Source: Bacteroidia bacterium
Lineage (GTDB): Bacteria; Bacteroidota; Bacteroidia; NS11-12g; UBA9320
Assembly: GCA_965216465.1 (NCBI GenBank)
Contig: CBDCFW010000005.1
Location: 352,001-416,000, forward strand
Length of the DNA: 64,000 bases
Direction of reading: 5' to 3'
Shown here in pieces: positions 10,771-21,419 of this stretch (positions are counted from its first letter, which is position 1; each line of letters starts with the position of its first letter). The position numbers and the translations under genes were made by a program. A model generated the notes under the pieces. It saw nothing but the letters and a program-made list of their open reading frames with translations. It did no database searches and had not been told where the DNA came from.

Positions 10771-10798
10771 AAAAGGGCGGGATTTCCGCCCTTTTTTT
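10771..10798 (+). terminator. Intrinsic terminator
   Basis: AAAAGGGCGG-gattt-CCGCCCTTTTTTT. Confidence 0.85.
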
Positions 10799-10930
10799 AT
10801 GTACCTTCTCACCTATGTAGCTGAGTCTTAGTGTCATATAATTGTTAATAATAAGTGGAAAATACCCATTTGTAGGTAGAAGTTTACTAGTTTTGCCTAT
10901 ATTTGCTCTGCTAACTCCTACTGTACAATT

Positions 10931-11536
10931 ATGATAAAGACCCTTTTAACTCCCTGTAAATTTGTTGATCAAACTCCGGTAATTGCGACTCTTGAAGCAA
11001 TGGAGAATGTTATACTCAAAGTTCCCAGAGACGTTGAGCACTTAAGCCTTTTAAAAGATAAAACATACGATGTAGCTGTTCTTTGTCCAGACACTAACAA
11101 AGAGTTTGGGTTAGATATGATTGACTACATAACCAAGAATTGGATTGGAATTCGCTTAGTTATTGTGACCAAATTCGATGATCGTGAGTATTTCGAAAAA
11201 CTTAGCTCAAAAGGGGCATATGCCTATATATCTGTTGACTCAGTTGAAGAAAAACTTGCTGAAGTAATTAATCTCGTGTTTAAAAATGAAAAGTATATGG
11301 ATGAGGCACTGATTGAAGACTTTGAATTCGTTATTGAGGATATCGGTTTTGATATTTCTAAACGAGAGAAAGAAATCATTTGGCATATTGCAAACGGATA
11401 TACTACCAACCAGATAGCCGACAAGTTATTTATCAGTCCACATACAGTAAAAACACATCGGAAGAATATCAATTCAAAGCTCGACATTCACAGTCCAGCT
11501 CAACTGGTAGAATTTGCCAGAAGACATAACATTTAA
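10931..11536 (+). CDS. NarL/LuxR family regulator with an atypical receiver domain
   Basis: C-terminal ISKREKEII...IADKLFISPHTVKTHRKNI; degenerate REC-like N-terminus; TATATTTG box at 10898-10905. Confidence 0.85.
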   Translation: MIKTLLTPCKFVDQTPVIATLEAMENVILKVPRDVEHLSLLKDKTYDVAVLCPDTNKEFGLDMIDYITKNWIGIRLVIVTKFDDREYFEKLSSKGAYAYISVDSVEEKLAEVINLVFKNEKYMDEALIEDFEFVIEDIGFDISKREKEIIWHIANGYTTNQIADKLFISPHTVKTHRKNINSKLDIHSPAQLVEFARRHNI

Positions 11537-11734
11537 GCCTATTTAAAGGCCGTTTAAGGCATTTTTAGCACAAATCAATCTAGATTCACCCATTTCAACT
11601 GTTTTTACGTCCAGGAACATGCTATCCACATCTGTGTGCATTATATAACTTGTTGATTCATTGAGTCATACCATCTTTTCTTGTTTTTTATCGTAAGATT
11701 TCGTTAATTTAGTAAATACCTAAAGTTTCCATGT

Positions 11735-12100
11735 ATGCACAAAACCATTTCTACCACAGACGAAATCCAACTCTATGTAAAATCAGACTGCAGTAAGTCT
11801 AAAAAGGCAATTGCTTATGCCAAAAGCATGGCGAGCAGAGTAAATACGATTAACATAGATCGGACTAAAGGTACGGGTACAATTTGGCGAAACATTCTAT
11901 CTAAATTGGATAAATCTCCTAAAGAACTGCTTGACAAGTCGAAACCATACTATCAAGAAAACATAAGAGGGCGAGATTTTGAAGATCGTGACTGGACCTA
12001 CTTACTTATGAATAATCCTGATCTCTTAAGGAGTCCTATAGCTATTCGGGGAGATCGGGCGCTAATTTTGGACAACCCGACAGACATTTACAAGATATAG
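11735..12100 (+). CDS. ArsC/Spx family protein
   Basis: CSKSKKA and NPDLLRSPI motifs; size fits the thioredoxin-like ArsC fold. Confidence 0.75.
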   Translation: MHKTISTTDEIQLYVKSDCSKSKKAIAYAKSMASRVNTINIDRTKGTGTIWRNILSKLDKSPKELLDKSKPYYQENIRGRDFEDRDWTYLLMNNPDLLRSPIAIRGDRALILDNPTDIYKI

Positions 12101-12102
12101 TC

Positions 12103-12137
12103 AAAAAAAAAAGGGAGTGCAATGCACTCCCTTTTTT
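12103..12137. terminator. Bidirectional intrinsic terminator between the ArsC-like gene and rplQ
   Basis: A10-GGGAGTGCA-a-TGCACTCCC-T6. Confidence 0.9.
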
Positions 12138-12160
12138 AATTTAATTTATTCTAAAGCTTC

Positions 12161-12748
12161 TTATTCTTCTTCGTTAGATGCGTCAGCATTGTCTGCAGGT
12201 GCATCTTCAGCAGGTGTTTCTTCTACAGCTTCAGGAGTTTCAACAACTTCCTCTTCTACTTCTTCTACAACCTCTTCAGCTTTAGCTTCAGCTACTGGTG
12301 GAGTTGCAGTTGCAGATTTCTTACCTCTTCTTGTACGCTTAGAACCTGATTTCTTAGCTGACTTAGAAGACTTAGCTTCTAACATCATTTCGTTGAAATC
12401 AACAAGCTCCATCATACACATATCAGCGTTATCACCTAATCTGTTGTGTGTTTTCAAGATTCTTGTATAACCACCTGGTCTGTCAGCAACCTTTGGTCCA
12501 ACAACAGTAAACAATTCGTTTACAGCGTGCTTGTCTTGAAGGTAGCTAAATACAACTCTTCTAGAGTGAGTGGTATTATCTTTAGCTTTAGTGATTAATG
12601 GCTCAACAAAAACACGTAATGCTTTTGCTTTAGCTGTTGTAGTAAATATACGCTTGTGCGTGATCAAAGAAGCTGCCATGTTATTTAACATTGCTTCTCT
12701 ATGCTTCTTCTTTCTACCTAAGTGATTAAATTTTTTCCCGTGCCTCAT
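12161..12748 (-). CDS. rplQ: 50S ribosomal protein L17 with an acidic C-terminal extension
   Basis: [12 protein letters not shown]...RPGGYTRI. Confidence 0.98.
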   Translation of the reverse strand: MRHGKKFNHLGRKKKHREAMLNNMAASLITHKRIFTTTAKAKALRVFVEPLITKAKDNTTHSRRVVFSYLQDKHAVNELFTVVGPKVADRPGGYTRILKTHNRLGDNADMCMMELVDFNEMMLEAKSSKSAKKSGSKRTRRGKKSATATPPVAEAKAEEVVEEVEEEVVETPEAVEETPAEDAPADNADASNEEE

Positions 12749-12759
12749 AATTGTATTCT

Positions 12760-13752
12760 TTATTCATCGTCAAGGTTGTACTTAGATACATCCATACCAA
12801 AGTTTAAACCTTTTTCTTTTACAAAATCTTCTAATTCAGTTAATGATTTTTTACCGAAGTTTCTAAACTTAAGTAAGTCTTCGATGTGGTAACTTACCAA
12901 TTCTCCAAGTGTTCTGATCTCGGCTGCTTTAAGACAGTTATATGCTCTTACAGAAAGGTCAAGATCAGAAAGTGAAGTTTTCAAGATCTTTCTCATGTGA
13001 AGCATGTTTTCATCAACTTCATTTTTCTGAGACTGAACTTGTGTATCTTCTAAGATGCTTTCATCAGAGAATAATACAAGGTGTCTAATCATAATTTTAG
13101 ATGCTTCTTTTAAAGCTTCCTCAGGATGAATAGAACCATCAGTTTTCACTTCGAAAATTAGTTTTTCGTAATCTGTTTTTTGCTCTACCCTGAAATCTTC
13201 AACGTGGTATTTAACATTTTTGATTGGAGTAAAGATAGAATCGATAGCAATCTCTCCAATTGGAGCATTGTCTTGAACGTTTTCTTCAGCAGGAACATAT
13301 CCTCTACCTTTTTCGATTGTTAATTCGATTTCAAGGTTTACGTAAGGTTCCATTGAACAGATAACGAAATCTGGATTTAAAATTTCGAACGCGTTTGTGT
13401 AGCGAGCGATTTCTCCAGCTTGGAATTGTTCTTTTCCTTTAAGAGAAACAAAAATCTTTTCGCTTTCGTTAGAATCGATAAGTTTCTTGAATCTTACTTG
13501 CTTAAGGTTAAGAATAATTTCAGTAATATCTTCTAAAACACCTTTGATGGTAGAAAATTCGTGATCTACACCTGGAATTCTAATAGATGTAATGGCCCAA
13601 CCTTCTAAAGAAGAAAGAAGTATTCTACGCATCGCGTTACCAACAGTAACACCATACCCTCTTTCAAGTGGGCTAAATTCGAACAGACCATAGTTGTCTG
13701 TTTCTTTATGCATTATTACCTTGTCAGGTTGTTGAAAATCTAATATCGGCAT
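12760..13752 (-). CDS. rpoA: RNA polymerase alpha subunit
   Basis: [21 protein letters not shown]; LSVRAYNCL; RNFGKKS. Confidence 0.98.
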   Translation of the reverse strand: MPILDFQQPDKVIMHKETDNYGLFEFSPLERGYGVTVGNAMRRILLSSLEGWAITSIRIPGVDHEFSTIKGVLEDITEIILNLKQVRFKKLIDSNESEKIFVSLKGKEQFQAGEIARYTNAFEILNPDFVICSMEPYVNLEIELTIEKGRGYVPAEENVQDNAPIGEIAIDSIFTPIKNVKYHVEDFRVEQKTDYEKLIFEVKTDGSIHPEEALKEASKIMIRHLVLFSDESILEDTQVQSQKNEVDENMLHMRKILKTSLSDLDLSVRAYNCLKAAEIRTLGELVSYHIEDLLKFRNFGKKSLTELEDFVKEKGLNFGMDVSKYNLDDE

Positions 13753-13756
13753 TTTA

Positions 13757-14359
13757 TTATTTAGAATAAAGTTCTACAATTAATTGTTCTTTGATGTTCT
13801 CTGGAATGTCAGCTCTTTCAGGGTAGCTTAAGAAAGTTCCTTTGTACTCAGAACCGTCCCAATCTAACCAGTTGAATGAGTTTCTTCCGCTTAGAGAATC
13901 AGCGATAAGCTCTAAAGACTTAGACTTTTCTCTGATCTCAATAACATCGCCTGGCTTAAGTTGGTATGAAGGAATGTTAGTAACAACGCCGTTCACTCTA
14001 ATGTGCTTGTGACCTACTAATTGTCTTGCACTTCTTCGTGTAGGAGCAATACCTAATCTAAATACCGTATTGTCTAATCTAGCTTCCAAGAATTTAAGCA
14101 AGTTTTCACCAGTAATACCTTTCTTTCTTGCAGCGTGATCAAAAGTTCTAGCAAATTGCTTTTCTAAAACACCGTAAGTGTATTTTGCTTTTTGCTTTTC
14201 AGCCAACTGAATTGCGTACTCAGATTTTTTACCTCTTCTTCTACCGTTTCCATGCATTCCTGGAGGGTAGTTCTTTTTGTCTAAGGCCTTAGAAGGTCCG
14301 AAAATCGGCTCTCTAAATCTTCTTGCAATCTTTGCTTTGGGTCCTCTATATCTTGCCAT
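13757..14359 (-). CDS. rpsD: 30S ribosomal protein S4
   Basis: MARYRGP; LEARLDN; IVELYSK. Confidence 0.98.
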   Translation of the reverse strand: MARYRGPKAKIARRFREPIFGPSKALDKKNYPPGMHGNGRRRGKKSEYAIQLAEKQKAKYTYGVLEKQFARTFDHAARKKGITGENLLKFLEARLDNTVFRLGIAPTRRSARQLVGHKHIRVNGVVTNIPSYQLKPGDVIEIREKSKSLELIADSLSGRNSFNWLDWDGSEYKGTFLSYPERADIPENIKEQLIVELYSK

Positions 14360-14383
14360 TTAAATAAATCTCTTTATAAATAA

Positions 14384-14773
14384 TTATACTCTTCTTCTTT
14401 TAGGTGGTCTACATCCATTATGAGGAAGTGGAGTCACATCTTTAATTGCTGAAACTTCAAGACCTGTTTGGTTAAGCGTTCTGATTGCAGACTCTCTACC
14501 TGCACCCGGTCCTTTAACAAGAACTTCAACTTTTTTCAAACCAAGATCAACAGCAACCTTAGCACAATCTTGTGCGGCTACCTGTGCAGCATAAGGAGTG
14601 TTCTTTTTAGAACCTCTGAATCCCATTTTACCTGCACTACTCCAAGAGATAACTTGTCCTTGGCTATTGGTGATTGAAATAATAATGTTGTTAAACGTAG
14701 ATTTTACATAAGCAAAACCGTTTGCCTCAACACTAACCTTTCTTTTCTTAGCTGTTTTTTTACTACCTGCCAT
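14384..14773 (-). CDS. rpsK: 30S ribosomal protein S11
   Basis: [18 protein letters not shown]. Confidence 0.98.
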   Translation of the reverse strand: MAGSKKTAKKRKVSVEANGFAYVKSTFNNIIISITNSQGQVISWSSAGKMGFRGSKKNTPYAAQVAAQDCAKVAVDLGLKKVEVLVKGPGAGRESAIRTLNQTGLEVSAIKDVTPLPHNGCRPPKRRRV

Positions 14774-14796
14774 TATTAAATATTTGGGTGCTTATC

Positions 14797-15165
14797 TTAT
14801 TTTTTCTTATTCGCCATTGTCTTACGCTTACCTTTACGAGTACGCGCATTATTTTTAGTTCTTTGACCTCTTAAAGGAAGACCTTTACGATGTCTAAGAC
14901 CTCTATAACATCCGATATCCATCAGACGCTTAATGTTAGTTTGAACTTCAGATCTGAGCTCTCCTTCTACTTTAAACTCGTTTCCGATTACTTCACGAAT
15001 ACCGTTCAATTCGGCATCACTCCAATCGTTAACTTTTTTGTCTTCGCTTACATTAGCTTTGTCTAAAATGTAAGAAGCTCTGCTGCTACCTATTCCGTGA
15101 ATGTAAGTTAAACCTACAACACCTCTTTTGTTCTTAGGTAAATCAATTCCTGCGATACGTGCCAT
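14797..15165 (-). CDS. rpsM: 30S ribosomal protein S13
   Basis: [10 protein letters not shown]; [14 protein letters not shown]. Confidence 0.98.
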   Translation of the reverse strand: MARIAGIDLPKNKRGVVGLTYIHGIGSSRASYILDKANVSEDKKVNDWSDAELNGIREVIGNEFKVEGELRSEVQTNIKRLMDIGCYRGLRHRKGLPLRGQRTKNNARTRKGKRKTMANKKK

Positions 15166-15168
15166 TTC

Positions 15169-15285
15169 TTATCCTTGTCTTTGCTTAAATCTTGGATTCT
15201 TTTTATTAATGACGTAAACACGTCCTTTTCTTTTTACGATCTTGCAATCAGCAGATCTTTTCTTTACTGATGTTCTAACTTTCAT
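15169..15285 (-). CDS. rpmJ: 50S ribosomal protein L36 (not in the ORF track)
   Basis: Manual translation: [38 protein letters not shown]. Confidence 0.97.
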   Translation of the reverse strand: MKVRTSVKKRSADCKIVKRKGRVYVINKKNPRFKQRQG

Positions 15286-15289
15286 TGTG

Positions 15290-15508
15290 TTATTTATATC
15301 TGTAACTAATTCGTCCTCTGGTCAAATCATACGGAGACATTTCAACTTGAACCTTATCTCCTGGCAATATTCTGATATAATACATTCTCATTTTACCGCT
15401 AATAGTAGCGATAATTTCGTGGCCATTCTGCAGTTTCACACGAAACATTGCATTTGATAAGGCCTCTGTAATTACACCGTCTTGTTTTATTGCTTGCTGT
15501 TTTGCCAT
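15290..15508 (-). CDS. infA: Translation initiation factor IF-1
   Basis: ALSNAMFRV; ISGKMR; [10 protein letters not shown]. Confidence 0.98.
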   Translation of the reverse strand: MAKQQAIKQDGVITEALSNAMFRVKLQNGHEIIATISGKMRMYYIRILPGDKVQVEMSPYDLTRGRISYRYK

Positions 15509-15522
15509 TTTTTAAAGGGCTG

Positions 15523-15530
15523 CAAAATTA
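15523..15530 (-). promoter_or_regulatory. Internal -7 promoter box for the infA-alpha operon
   Basis: TAATTTTG on the minus strand in the secY-infA gap. Confidence 0.55.
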
Positions 15531-15554
15531 ATTTTTTTTCTACTCTTTACAAAA

Positions 15555-16913
15555 TTATCCTGTTATCGCTCCTCCTACCGAAGTTCTTCCTTTAATTCTA
15601 CCTGTTTTCATCAGACCATCATAGTGTCTCATAATCAGGTATTGCTCTACTTGTTGCAGTGTATCAAGAACTACACCTACCATAATCAGCAGTGATGTTC
15701 CACCATAGAATTGAGCAAACTGATCGTTAACTCCGAACATGATAGCGAACACTGGGAAAATGGCTACAAAACCTAAGAAAATAGATCCAGGAAGTGTGAT
15801 TCTCGACATTACAGATCCAATAAAGTTAGCTGTCTTTCTTCCTGGCTTAACACCCGGAATAAATCCACCATTTCTTTTTAGGTCATCTGCAATCTGATTT
15901 GGATTAATTGTAATTGCCGTATAGAAATACGTAAACAATACAATCATCACGAAGAACAAGATATTGTATCCCCAACCGTAAGGGTTGGTAAGTCCTTGTA
16001 AGAACGATGAGTCTGCAAATACTGGCAATTGAGTTGCAGTTGCTGGCAAGAACATCAATGCTTGAGCAAAGATGATAGGCATTACACCTGCAGCATTCAC
16101 CTTTAATGGAAGGTATTGTCTAACTCCACCCATTTGACGGTTACCAACAATTCTTTTTGCGTATTGTACAGGAATTCTTCGGGTTGCTTGAACCAATGCA
16201 ATAACGGCAAGGATTACTACGACCCAAATAATCATCTCTACGATCAACAACATCACACCACTTCCTCTGAAACGGTCAACGATCTCAGCGAACAATGAAC
16301 CTGGGAGACGTGCAATGATACCCACCATAATAATGATAGAGATACCGTTACCTACTCCTCGATCCGTAATACGCTCACCTAGCCACATGGTAAACATGGT
16401 ACCGGCAACAAGAACAAGAACTCCAACAACAAGGAATGTTGTCCAGCTCATTGCATCGCCAGTAAGTGCCATAACAGCAAGTGGCTTTCCACCTTGAGAT
16501 TTCAAGTTAACCAAGTAAGCAACAGCTTGTACTGCAGTAATTGCAATGGTTAGATATCTGGTGATTAAGTTGATCTTTCTTCTTCCATCCTCTCCTTCTT
16601 TTTGCATTTTTTGGAAAGATGGAACTGCAACGGTTAGGAGTTGAACCACAATCGATGCAGAAATGTAAGGCATAATTCCTAGAGCGAAAATAGACACTCT
16701 ATCGAACGCCCCTCCAGAGAAGGTATTAATAAGTCCAAGTAAACCTCCTGTGCCTTTTGTGTACTGCTCTGCTAATACCAAAGGGTCTACACCAGGAATT
16801 ACAATAAAAGTTCCTATTCTATATACAACTAAAAGAAGAACAAGATTGATAATTCTTGTTCTTAAATCTTCAATTGAAAATATATTTTTTAATGTACTTA
16901 TTAATTTCTTCAT
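15555..16913 (-). CDS. secY: Preprotein translocase subunit SecY
   Basis: SIFALGIMPYISASI; GNGISIII; FIPGVKPG; GGTSLLI. Confidence 0.98.
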   Translation of the reverse strand: MKKLISTLKNIFSIEDLRTRIINLVLLLVVYRIGTFIVIPGVDPLVLAEQYTKGTGGLLGLINTFSGGAFDRVSIFALGIMPYISASIVVQLLTVAVPSFQKMQKEGEDGRRKINLITRYLTIAITAVQAVAYLVNLKSQGGKPLAVMALTGDAMSWTTFLVVGVLVLVAGTMFTMWLGERITDRGVGNGISIIIMVGIIARLPGSLFAEIVDRFRGSGVMLLIVEMIIWVVVILAVIALVQATRRIPVQYAKRIVGNRQMGGVRQYLPLKVNAAGVMPIIFAQALMFLPATATQLPVFADSSFLQGLTNPYGWGYNILFFVMIVLFTYFYTAITINPNQIADDLKRNGGFIPGVKPGRKTANFIGSVMSRITLPGSIFLGFVAIFPVFAIMFGVNDQFAQFYGGTSLLIMVGVVLDTLQQVEQYLIMRHYDGLMKTGRIKGRTSVGGAITG

Positions 16914-16918
16914 ATGGA

Positions 16919-17365
16919 TTAGATGGTTTCTACAGAACCTCCAGCTTTTTCAATAGCTTCTTTAGCTGTTTTAGTAAATGCGTGAGCAGTAACAGCAACC
17001 CCGCTTTTTATTTCTCCTCTACCTAAAATCTTTACAAGCTCAGTTTTCTTGATCATGTTAGCAGCGATTAAAGAGTCAACAGTAACTTCTTTAGCTTTAG
17101 TACGATCAATAAAATCTTGTAATCTGTCTAGGTTGATACCAACGTATTCTACTCTATTTGGGTTTTTAAATCCAAACTTAGGTACACGTCTTTGAAGTGG
17201 CATTTGACCACCTTCAAAACCTACAGCTCTGCTGTAACCAGTTCTTGACTGTGCTCCTTTGTGTCCTTTTGTTGAGGTTCCTCCTCTTCCAGACCCTTGT
17301 CCTCTTGCAATACGCTTACCTTTTTTGGTAGATCCGTCAGCTGGTTTTAAACTATGCAAATTCAT
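16919..17365 (-). CDS. rplO: 50S ribosomal protein L15
   Basis: GFEGGQMPLQRRVPKFGF. Confidence 0.98.
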   Translation of the reverse strand: MNLHSLKPADGSTKKGKRIARGQGSGRGGTSTKGHKGAQSRTGYSRAVGFEGGQMPLQRRVPKFGFKNPNRVEYVGINLDRLQDFIDRTKAKEVTVDSLIAANMIKKTELVKILGRGEIKSGVAVTAHAFTKTAKEAIEKAGGSVETI

Positions 17366-17367
17366 CT

Positions 17368-17547
17368 TTACGCTTTTTCAATTTTTAATAGGTGTTCTAC
17401 TTTACGAATCATTCCCATTACTGCAGGAGATTCTTCCACTATTCTAGGTCTATTCAACTTTTTAAGTCCTAAAGCGATCAATGTTCTTTTTTGATCTTCA
17501 GGTCTTCTGATAGAGCTTTTTACTTGTGTGATTTTTACCTTACCCAT
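17368..17547 (-). CDS. rpmD: 50S ribosomal protein L30 (not in the ORF track)
   Basis: Manual translation MGKVKITQVKSSIRRPEDQKRTLIALGLKK...GMIRKVEHLL; lies between rpsE and rplO. Confidence 0.96.
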   Translation of the reverse strand: MGKVKITQVKSSIRRPEDQKRTLIALGLKKLNRPRIVEESPAVMGMIRKVEHLLKIEKA

Positions 17548-17552
17548 TTCTC

Positions 17553-18071
17553 TTATCCGTTAAACACTTTATTTAAACTTGTTCCTCTTTGTTCAGCAAC
17601 TGTGTATGCATCTCTTAGCTTAGATAGTGCATCGATAGTTGCCTTTACCACGTTGTGTGGGTTAGAAGAACCTTTTGATTTAGCAAGTACATCATGTACA
17701 CCAGCACTTTCAAATACTGCACGCATCGCACCACCGGCAATTACTCCAGTACCACTCGCAGCTGGCTTCATAAATACTCTACCTCCAGAATACTTACCGT
17801 ATTGTTCGTGAGGAATAGTACTGTTGATCAAAGGAACTTTGATAAGATTCTTTTTAGCGTCTTCTACACCTTTTTGAATCGCATCAACAACCTCACCAGC
17901 TTTACCTAAACCGTGACCTACGATACCGTTTCCGTCTCCAACAACAACAATAGCGTTGAAACTAAATGTTCTACCACCTTTAGTAACCTTTGCTACTCTG
18001 TTAATATTTACAACTGTTTCTTTAAGTTCAAGATCAGTTGTTTTGATTTGTTTTAATGTTTGTGTTGCCAT
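17553..18071 (-). CDS. rpsE: 30S ribosomal protein S5
   Basis: [15 protein letters not shown]; GTGVIAGG. Confidence 0.98.
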   Translation of the reverse strand: MATQTLKQIKTTDLELKETVVNINRVAKVTKGGRTFSFNAIVVVGDGNGIVGHGLGKAGEVVDAIQKGVEDAKKNLIKVPLINSTIPHEQYGKYSGGRVFMKPAASGTGVIAGGAMRAVFESAGVHDVLAKSKGSSNPHNVVKATIDALSKLRDAYTVAEQRGTSLNKVFNG

Positions 18072-18075
18072 AATG

Positions 18076-18420
18076 TTAGAACTTTAAACCTCCCTCTCTT
18101 GCACCTTCAGCTAAGTTTTTAACTCTACCGTGGTATAGGTATCCGTTTCTGTCAAATTTTACTTTATCAATTCCGTTTGCCGTTGCTTTTTCAGCAATCA
18201 TTTTTCCAACTTCTTTGGCAATTTCGGTTTTGGTTCCTTTGTCAATACCTTGAGACGAGCTAGCTGCTAAAGTTAAACCTTTAGTGTCGTCAATTAATTG
18301 AGCATAGATAGCCTTGTTGCTTCTAAAAACACACAATCTTGGAGTTTCAGCAGTACCAAGTACTTTGCTTCTAATACTTCTTTTAATTTTTGCTCTTCTT
18401 GTCGCTTTATTCTTAATCAT
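18076..18420 (-). CDS. rplR: 50S ribosomal protein L18
   Basis: PRLCVFRSN; [12 protein letters not shown]. Confidence 0.98.
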   Translation of the reverse strand: MIKNKATRRAKIKRSIRSKVLGTAETPRLCVFRSNKAIYAQLIDDTKGLTLAASSSQGIDKGTKTEIAKEVGKMIAEKATANGIDKVKFDRNGYLYHGRVKNLAEGAREGGLKF

Positions 18421-18435
18421 AATGCTCTTACTTTG

Positions 18436-18984
18436 TTATTTAGCAGCAGTTTTACCAGCTTTTCTTCTAAGTTGCTCTCCAACATATTTAACCCCTTTAC
18501 CTTTGTATGGCTCTGGTGGTCTCAAGCTTCTAAGTTTAGCAGCAACCTGCCCAACCAACTGCTTATCGATGCTTTCGAAAGTTACTACAGGTGGCTTACC
18601 TTTAACTGTTTCTGCACTTACTTTAACTTCAGAAGGAATTTGCATAAAAATGGTATGCGAGTATCCTAGGTTTAACTCTAACAATTGACCAGAAACTGTA
18701 GCTCTATAACCTACACCTACTAGTTCTTGTTGTGTTTTAAAACCTTCGCTTACTCCAATAACCATATTGTTGATTAATGAACGATACAAGCCATGTTTTG
18801 CTTTGTGCTCTTTAGTATCGTCGTTTCTTTCAACGGTTACTGTTCCTTCTTCTATTTTCACGTCAACCAAATCAACAGCTTGACTTAGTTCGCCTTTTGG
18901 TCCTTTTACAGAAACAACTCCGTTGTCGAACTTCACTTCAACTCCGCTTGGTACTGTAATTGGATTATTTCCTATTCGTGACAT
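18436..18984 (-). CDS. rplF: 50S ribosomal protein L6
   Basis: MSRIG; RPPEPYKGKG. Confidence 0.98.
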   Translation of the reverse strand: MSRIGNNPITVPSGVEVKFDNGVVSVKGPKGELSQAVDLVDVKIEEGTVTVERNDDTKEHKAKHGLYRSLINNMVIGVSEGFKTQQELVGVGYRATVSGQLLELNLGYSHTIFMQIPSEVKVSAETVKGKPPVVTFESIDKQLVGQVAAKLRSLRPPEPYKGKGVKYVGEQLRRKAGKTAAK

Positions 18985-19011
18985 CTTTTTACTTACTTTC
19001 TTTTTTACTAA

Positions 19012-19419
19012 TTATGATACGTAGCAAAGTACTTCACCACCTACATTTTCAGTTCTAGCCTCTTTATCGGTCATTACTCCTTTTGAAGTAGAAACGATAG
19101 CGATACCTAGACCATTTAATACTCTTGGCAATTCACTTGCACTTTTGTATTGTCTTAACCCTGGCTTACTTACTCTTCTCAATTCTCTGATTGCAGATAG
19201 CTTAGTAGTTGGGTGGTATTTCAAAGCGATTTTGATCGTACCTTGATGACCAGCTTCTTCGTCGAACTTGTAGTTCAAGATGTAGCCTTTGTCGAACAAT
19301 ACCTCAGTAATTGCTTTCTTCACTTTAGAAGAAGGGATATCAACAATTCTGTGATTTGCTTTAATTCCGTTTCTAATACGGGTTAAAAAATCTGCTATTG
19401 GATCTGTTATCTTACTCAT
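19012..19419 (-). CDS. rpsH: 30S ribosomal protein S8
   Basis: [12 protein letters not shown]; SKPGLR; GGEVLCYV. Confidence 0.98.
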   Translation of the reverse strand: MSKITDPIADFLTRIRNGIKANHRIVDIPSSKVKKAITEVLFDKGYILNYKFDEEAGHQGTIKIALKYHPTTKLSAIRELRRVSKPGLRQYKSASELPRVLNGLGIAIVSTSKGVMTDKEARTENVGGEVLCYVS

Positions 19420-19423
19420 TTTC

Positions 19424-19693
19424 TTACCAACTTGCTTTTGTTACTCCTGGAATAAGGCCTTTTGAAGCCATTTCTCTAAATACGTTTCTAGAGATTCCAA
19501 AATCTCTCATATATCCTCTTGGTCTACCAGTGGCAGAGCATCTGTTTCTAAGTCTTGTAGGTGAAGCATTTCGAGGAAGTTTTTGTAATCCTTCGTAATC
19601 ACCCGCTTTTTTAAGAGCAGCTCTTTTTGCAGCATACGTTTCAACCGTACGTTGTCTTTTGCGCTGTCTTGCTTTCATTGATTCTTTTGCCAT
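19424..19693 (-). CDS. rpsN: 30S ribosomal protein S14 (89-aa form without a zinc ribbon)
   Basis: [12 protein letters not shown]; IPGVTKASW. Confidence 0.98.
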   Translation of the reverse strand: MAKESMKARQRKRQRTVETYAAKRAALKKAGDYEGLQKLPRNASPTRLRNRCSATGRPRGYMRDFGISRNVFREMASKGLIPGVTKASW

Positions 19694-19696
19694 CTC

Positions 19697-20242
19697 TTAA
19701 TTCTTTTTAAATGGTAGTCCTAATTCTGTTAATAAACTGTGGCACTCAACATCGGTGTTTGCAGTTGTTACAAAAGTGATGTCCATACCGTTTAATTTTG
19801 ATACTTTATCGATATTGATTTCTGGGAATATGATTTGCTCAGGAATACCCATTGTGTAGTTTCCTCTTCCATCAAATCCTTTATCGCTGATACCTTTAAA
19901 GTCTCTTACCCTTGGTAATGAAACCGAAACAAGTCTATCTAAAAACTCGTACATTTTATCGCCACGAAGAGTAACTCTACATCCAATGGCCATATCCTCA
20001 CGAAGTTTGAAGTTAGAAATTGCTTTCTTAGAATAAGTAGGAACTGCTCTTTGACCTGCAATTTGACTCATTTCTTCAACTGCAGTATCAACCAATTTCT
20101 TGTCAGCAACACCAGCACCGATTCCTTGGTTCAAACAAATCTTAGTTAGTTTAGGAATTTGCATAACATTACTATAGTTGTGCTTTTCCTTTAAGTTATT
20201 AACTAACTCAGTTTCGAATTTTTCTCTTAATCTTGGTTTCAT
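19697..20242 (-). CDS. rplE: 50S ribosomal protein L5
   Basis: LPRVRDFKG; FDGRGNY; EQIIFPEI. Confidence 0.98.
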   Translation of the reverse strand: MKPRLREKFETELVNNLKEKHNYSNVMQIPKLTKICLNQGIGAGVADKKLVDTAVEEMSQIAGQRAVPTYSKKAISNFKLREDMAIGCRVTLRGDKMYEFLDRLVSVSLPRVRDFKGISDKGFDGRGNYTMGIPEQIIFPEINIDKVSKLNGMDITFVTTANTDVECHSLLTELGLPFKKN

Positions 20243-20243
20243 T

Positions 20244-20582
20244 TTAATTCTTTATAAACTCCCCTGTTTTCTTTGAATATCTCTGAAGCTTACCTTCATC
20301 GTTTCTTTTTCTACCAATTCGTGTAGGCTCTCCGTTTACAACAACCTGTAGCTTAGACACTCGAATTGGAGATTCCAATTTTACGATAGATCCATTTGGA
20401 TTATCTGCATCTGGCTTTCTATGCTTGGTAACCATATTTACCCCGTCAACGATAGCAGTACCTTCTTGAAGGTTTACTAATTTTACCTCTCCAGTTTTGT
20501 TCTTATCGTTTCCAGATAAAACTTTTACGGTATCGCCTTTTTTAACGTGTAACTTAGGTATCTTGTTAAATTTACGTTTCAT
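20244..20582 (-). CDS. rplX: 50S ribosomal protein L24
   Basis: KOW motif [15 protein letters not shown]. Confidence 0.97.
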   Translation of the reverse strand: MKRKFNKIPKLHVKKGDTVKVLSGNDKNKTGEVKLVNLQEGTAIVDGVNMVTKHRKPDADNPNGSIVKLESPIRVSKLQVVVNGEPTRIGRKRNDEGKLQRYSKKTGEFIKN

Positions 20583-20585
20583 TGC

Positions 20586-20954
20586 TTATAATACTTCAGG
20601 TGCCAACGACACAATTTTCATGAATTTCTTATCTCTTAACTCTCTAGCAACAGGTCCGAAAATACGGGTTGCTCTAGGCTCATCTTGAGCGTTCAATAGA
20701 ACACAAGAGTTGTCGTCGAAACGGATATACGATCCATCAGGTCTTCTAAACTCTTTTTTAGTTCTCACAACAACCGCTCTAGACACAGTTCCTTTTTTCA
20801 TGTTACCAGCAGGCATAGCATCCTTTACTGTAACAATGATCTTGTCACCAACGCTTGCATATCTTCTTTTGGTACCACCAAGTACTCGAATACAAAGTAC
20901 TTCTTTAGCTCCACTGTTGTCTGCAACTTTTAATCTTGACTCTTGTTGTATCAT
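20586..20954 (-). CDS. rplN: 50S ribosomal protein L14
   Basis: VADNSGAK; IVSLAPEVL. Confidence 0.98.
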   Translation of the reverse strand: MIQQESRLKVADNSGAKEVLCIRVLGGTKRRYASVGDKIIVTVKDAMPAGNMKKGTVSRAVVVRTKKEFRRPDGSYIRFDDNSCVLLNAQDEPRATRIFGPVARELRDKKFMKIVSLAPEVL

Positions 20955-20955
20955 C

Positions 20956-21210
20956 TTATTTCGCTCTTTCTAGAATTTCAACTAATCTCCAACGTTTATC
21001 TTTACTTAAAGGTCTAGTTTCCATGATACGAACGATGTCATTTTCATTACACTCGTTTTTCTCATCGTGTGCCTTAAAGCTAGAAGTCGTTTTTACGAAC
21101 TTCCCATATTTTGGATGCTTTACTTTACGCTCTACAGCAACGGTGATGGTTTTTTCCATCTTGTTACTCTTCACGACTCCAATTATTTCTTTTCTGCTAT
21201 TTCTTTCCAT
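20956..21210 (-). CDS. rpsQ: 30S ribosomal protein S17
   Basis: KMEKTITV; [11 protein letters not shown]. Confidence 0.98.
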   Translation of the reverse strand: MERNSRKEIIGVVKSNKMEKTITVAVERKVKHPKYGKFVKTTSSFKAHDEKNECNENDIVRIMETRPLSKDKRWRLVEILERAK

Positions 21211-21213
21211 TTC

Positions 21214-21417
21214 TTACGCCTTATTTGCTTCAGTTCTTCTTCTATTGATCTCAGTTAAAAATTTAGCAACAGTTCTTCTTGCAACCCTAATTTTATGTGG
21301 GTTTTCAATCGGAGAAACAGCATGACTGAATTTCAACTTTTGTAATTGAGCTCTCTCATCTCTTAGGCTGAGGTGAAGCTCTTTGTCAGTCATATTTTTA
21401 ATATCTTGATATTCCAT
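21214..21417 (-). CDS. rpmC: 50S ribosomal protein L29
   Basis: IENPHKIRVARRTVA; position in the S10 operon. Confidence 0.96.
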   Translation of the reverse strand: MEYQDIKNMTDKELHLSLRDERAQLQKLKFSHAVSPIENPHKIRVARRTVAKFLTEINRRRTEANKA

Positions 21418-21419
21418 AA

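Noticed and set aside
12161-12400. Low-complexity acidic tail of L17
   Set aside because: Extended L17 C-termini are common in Bacteroidota
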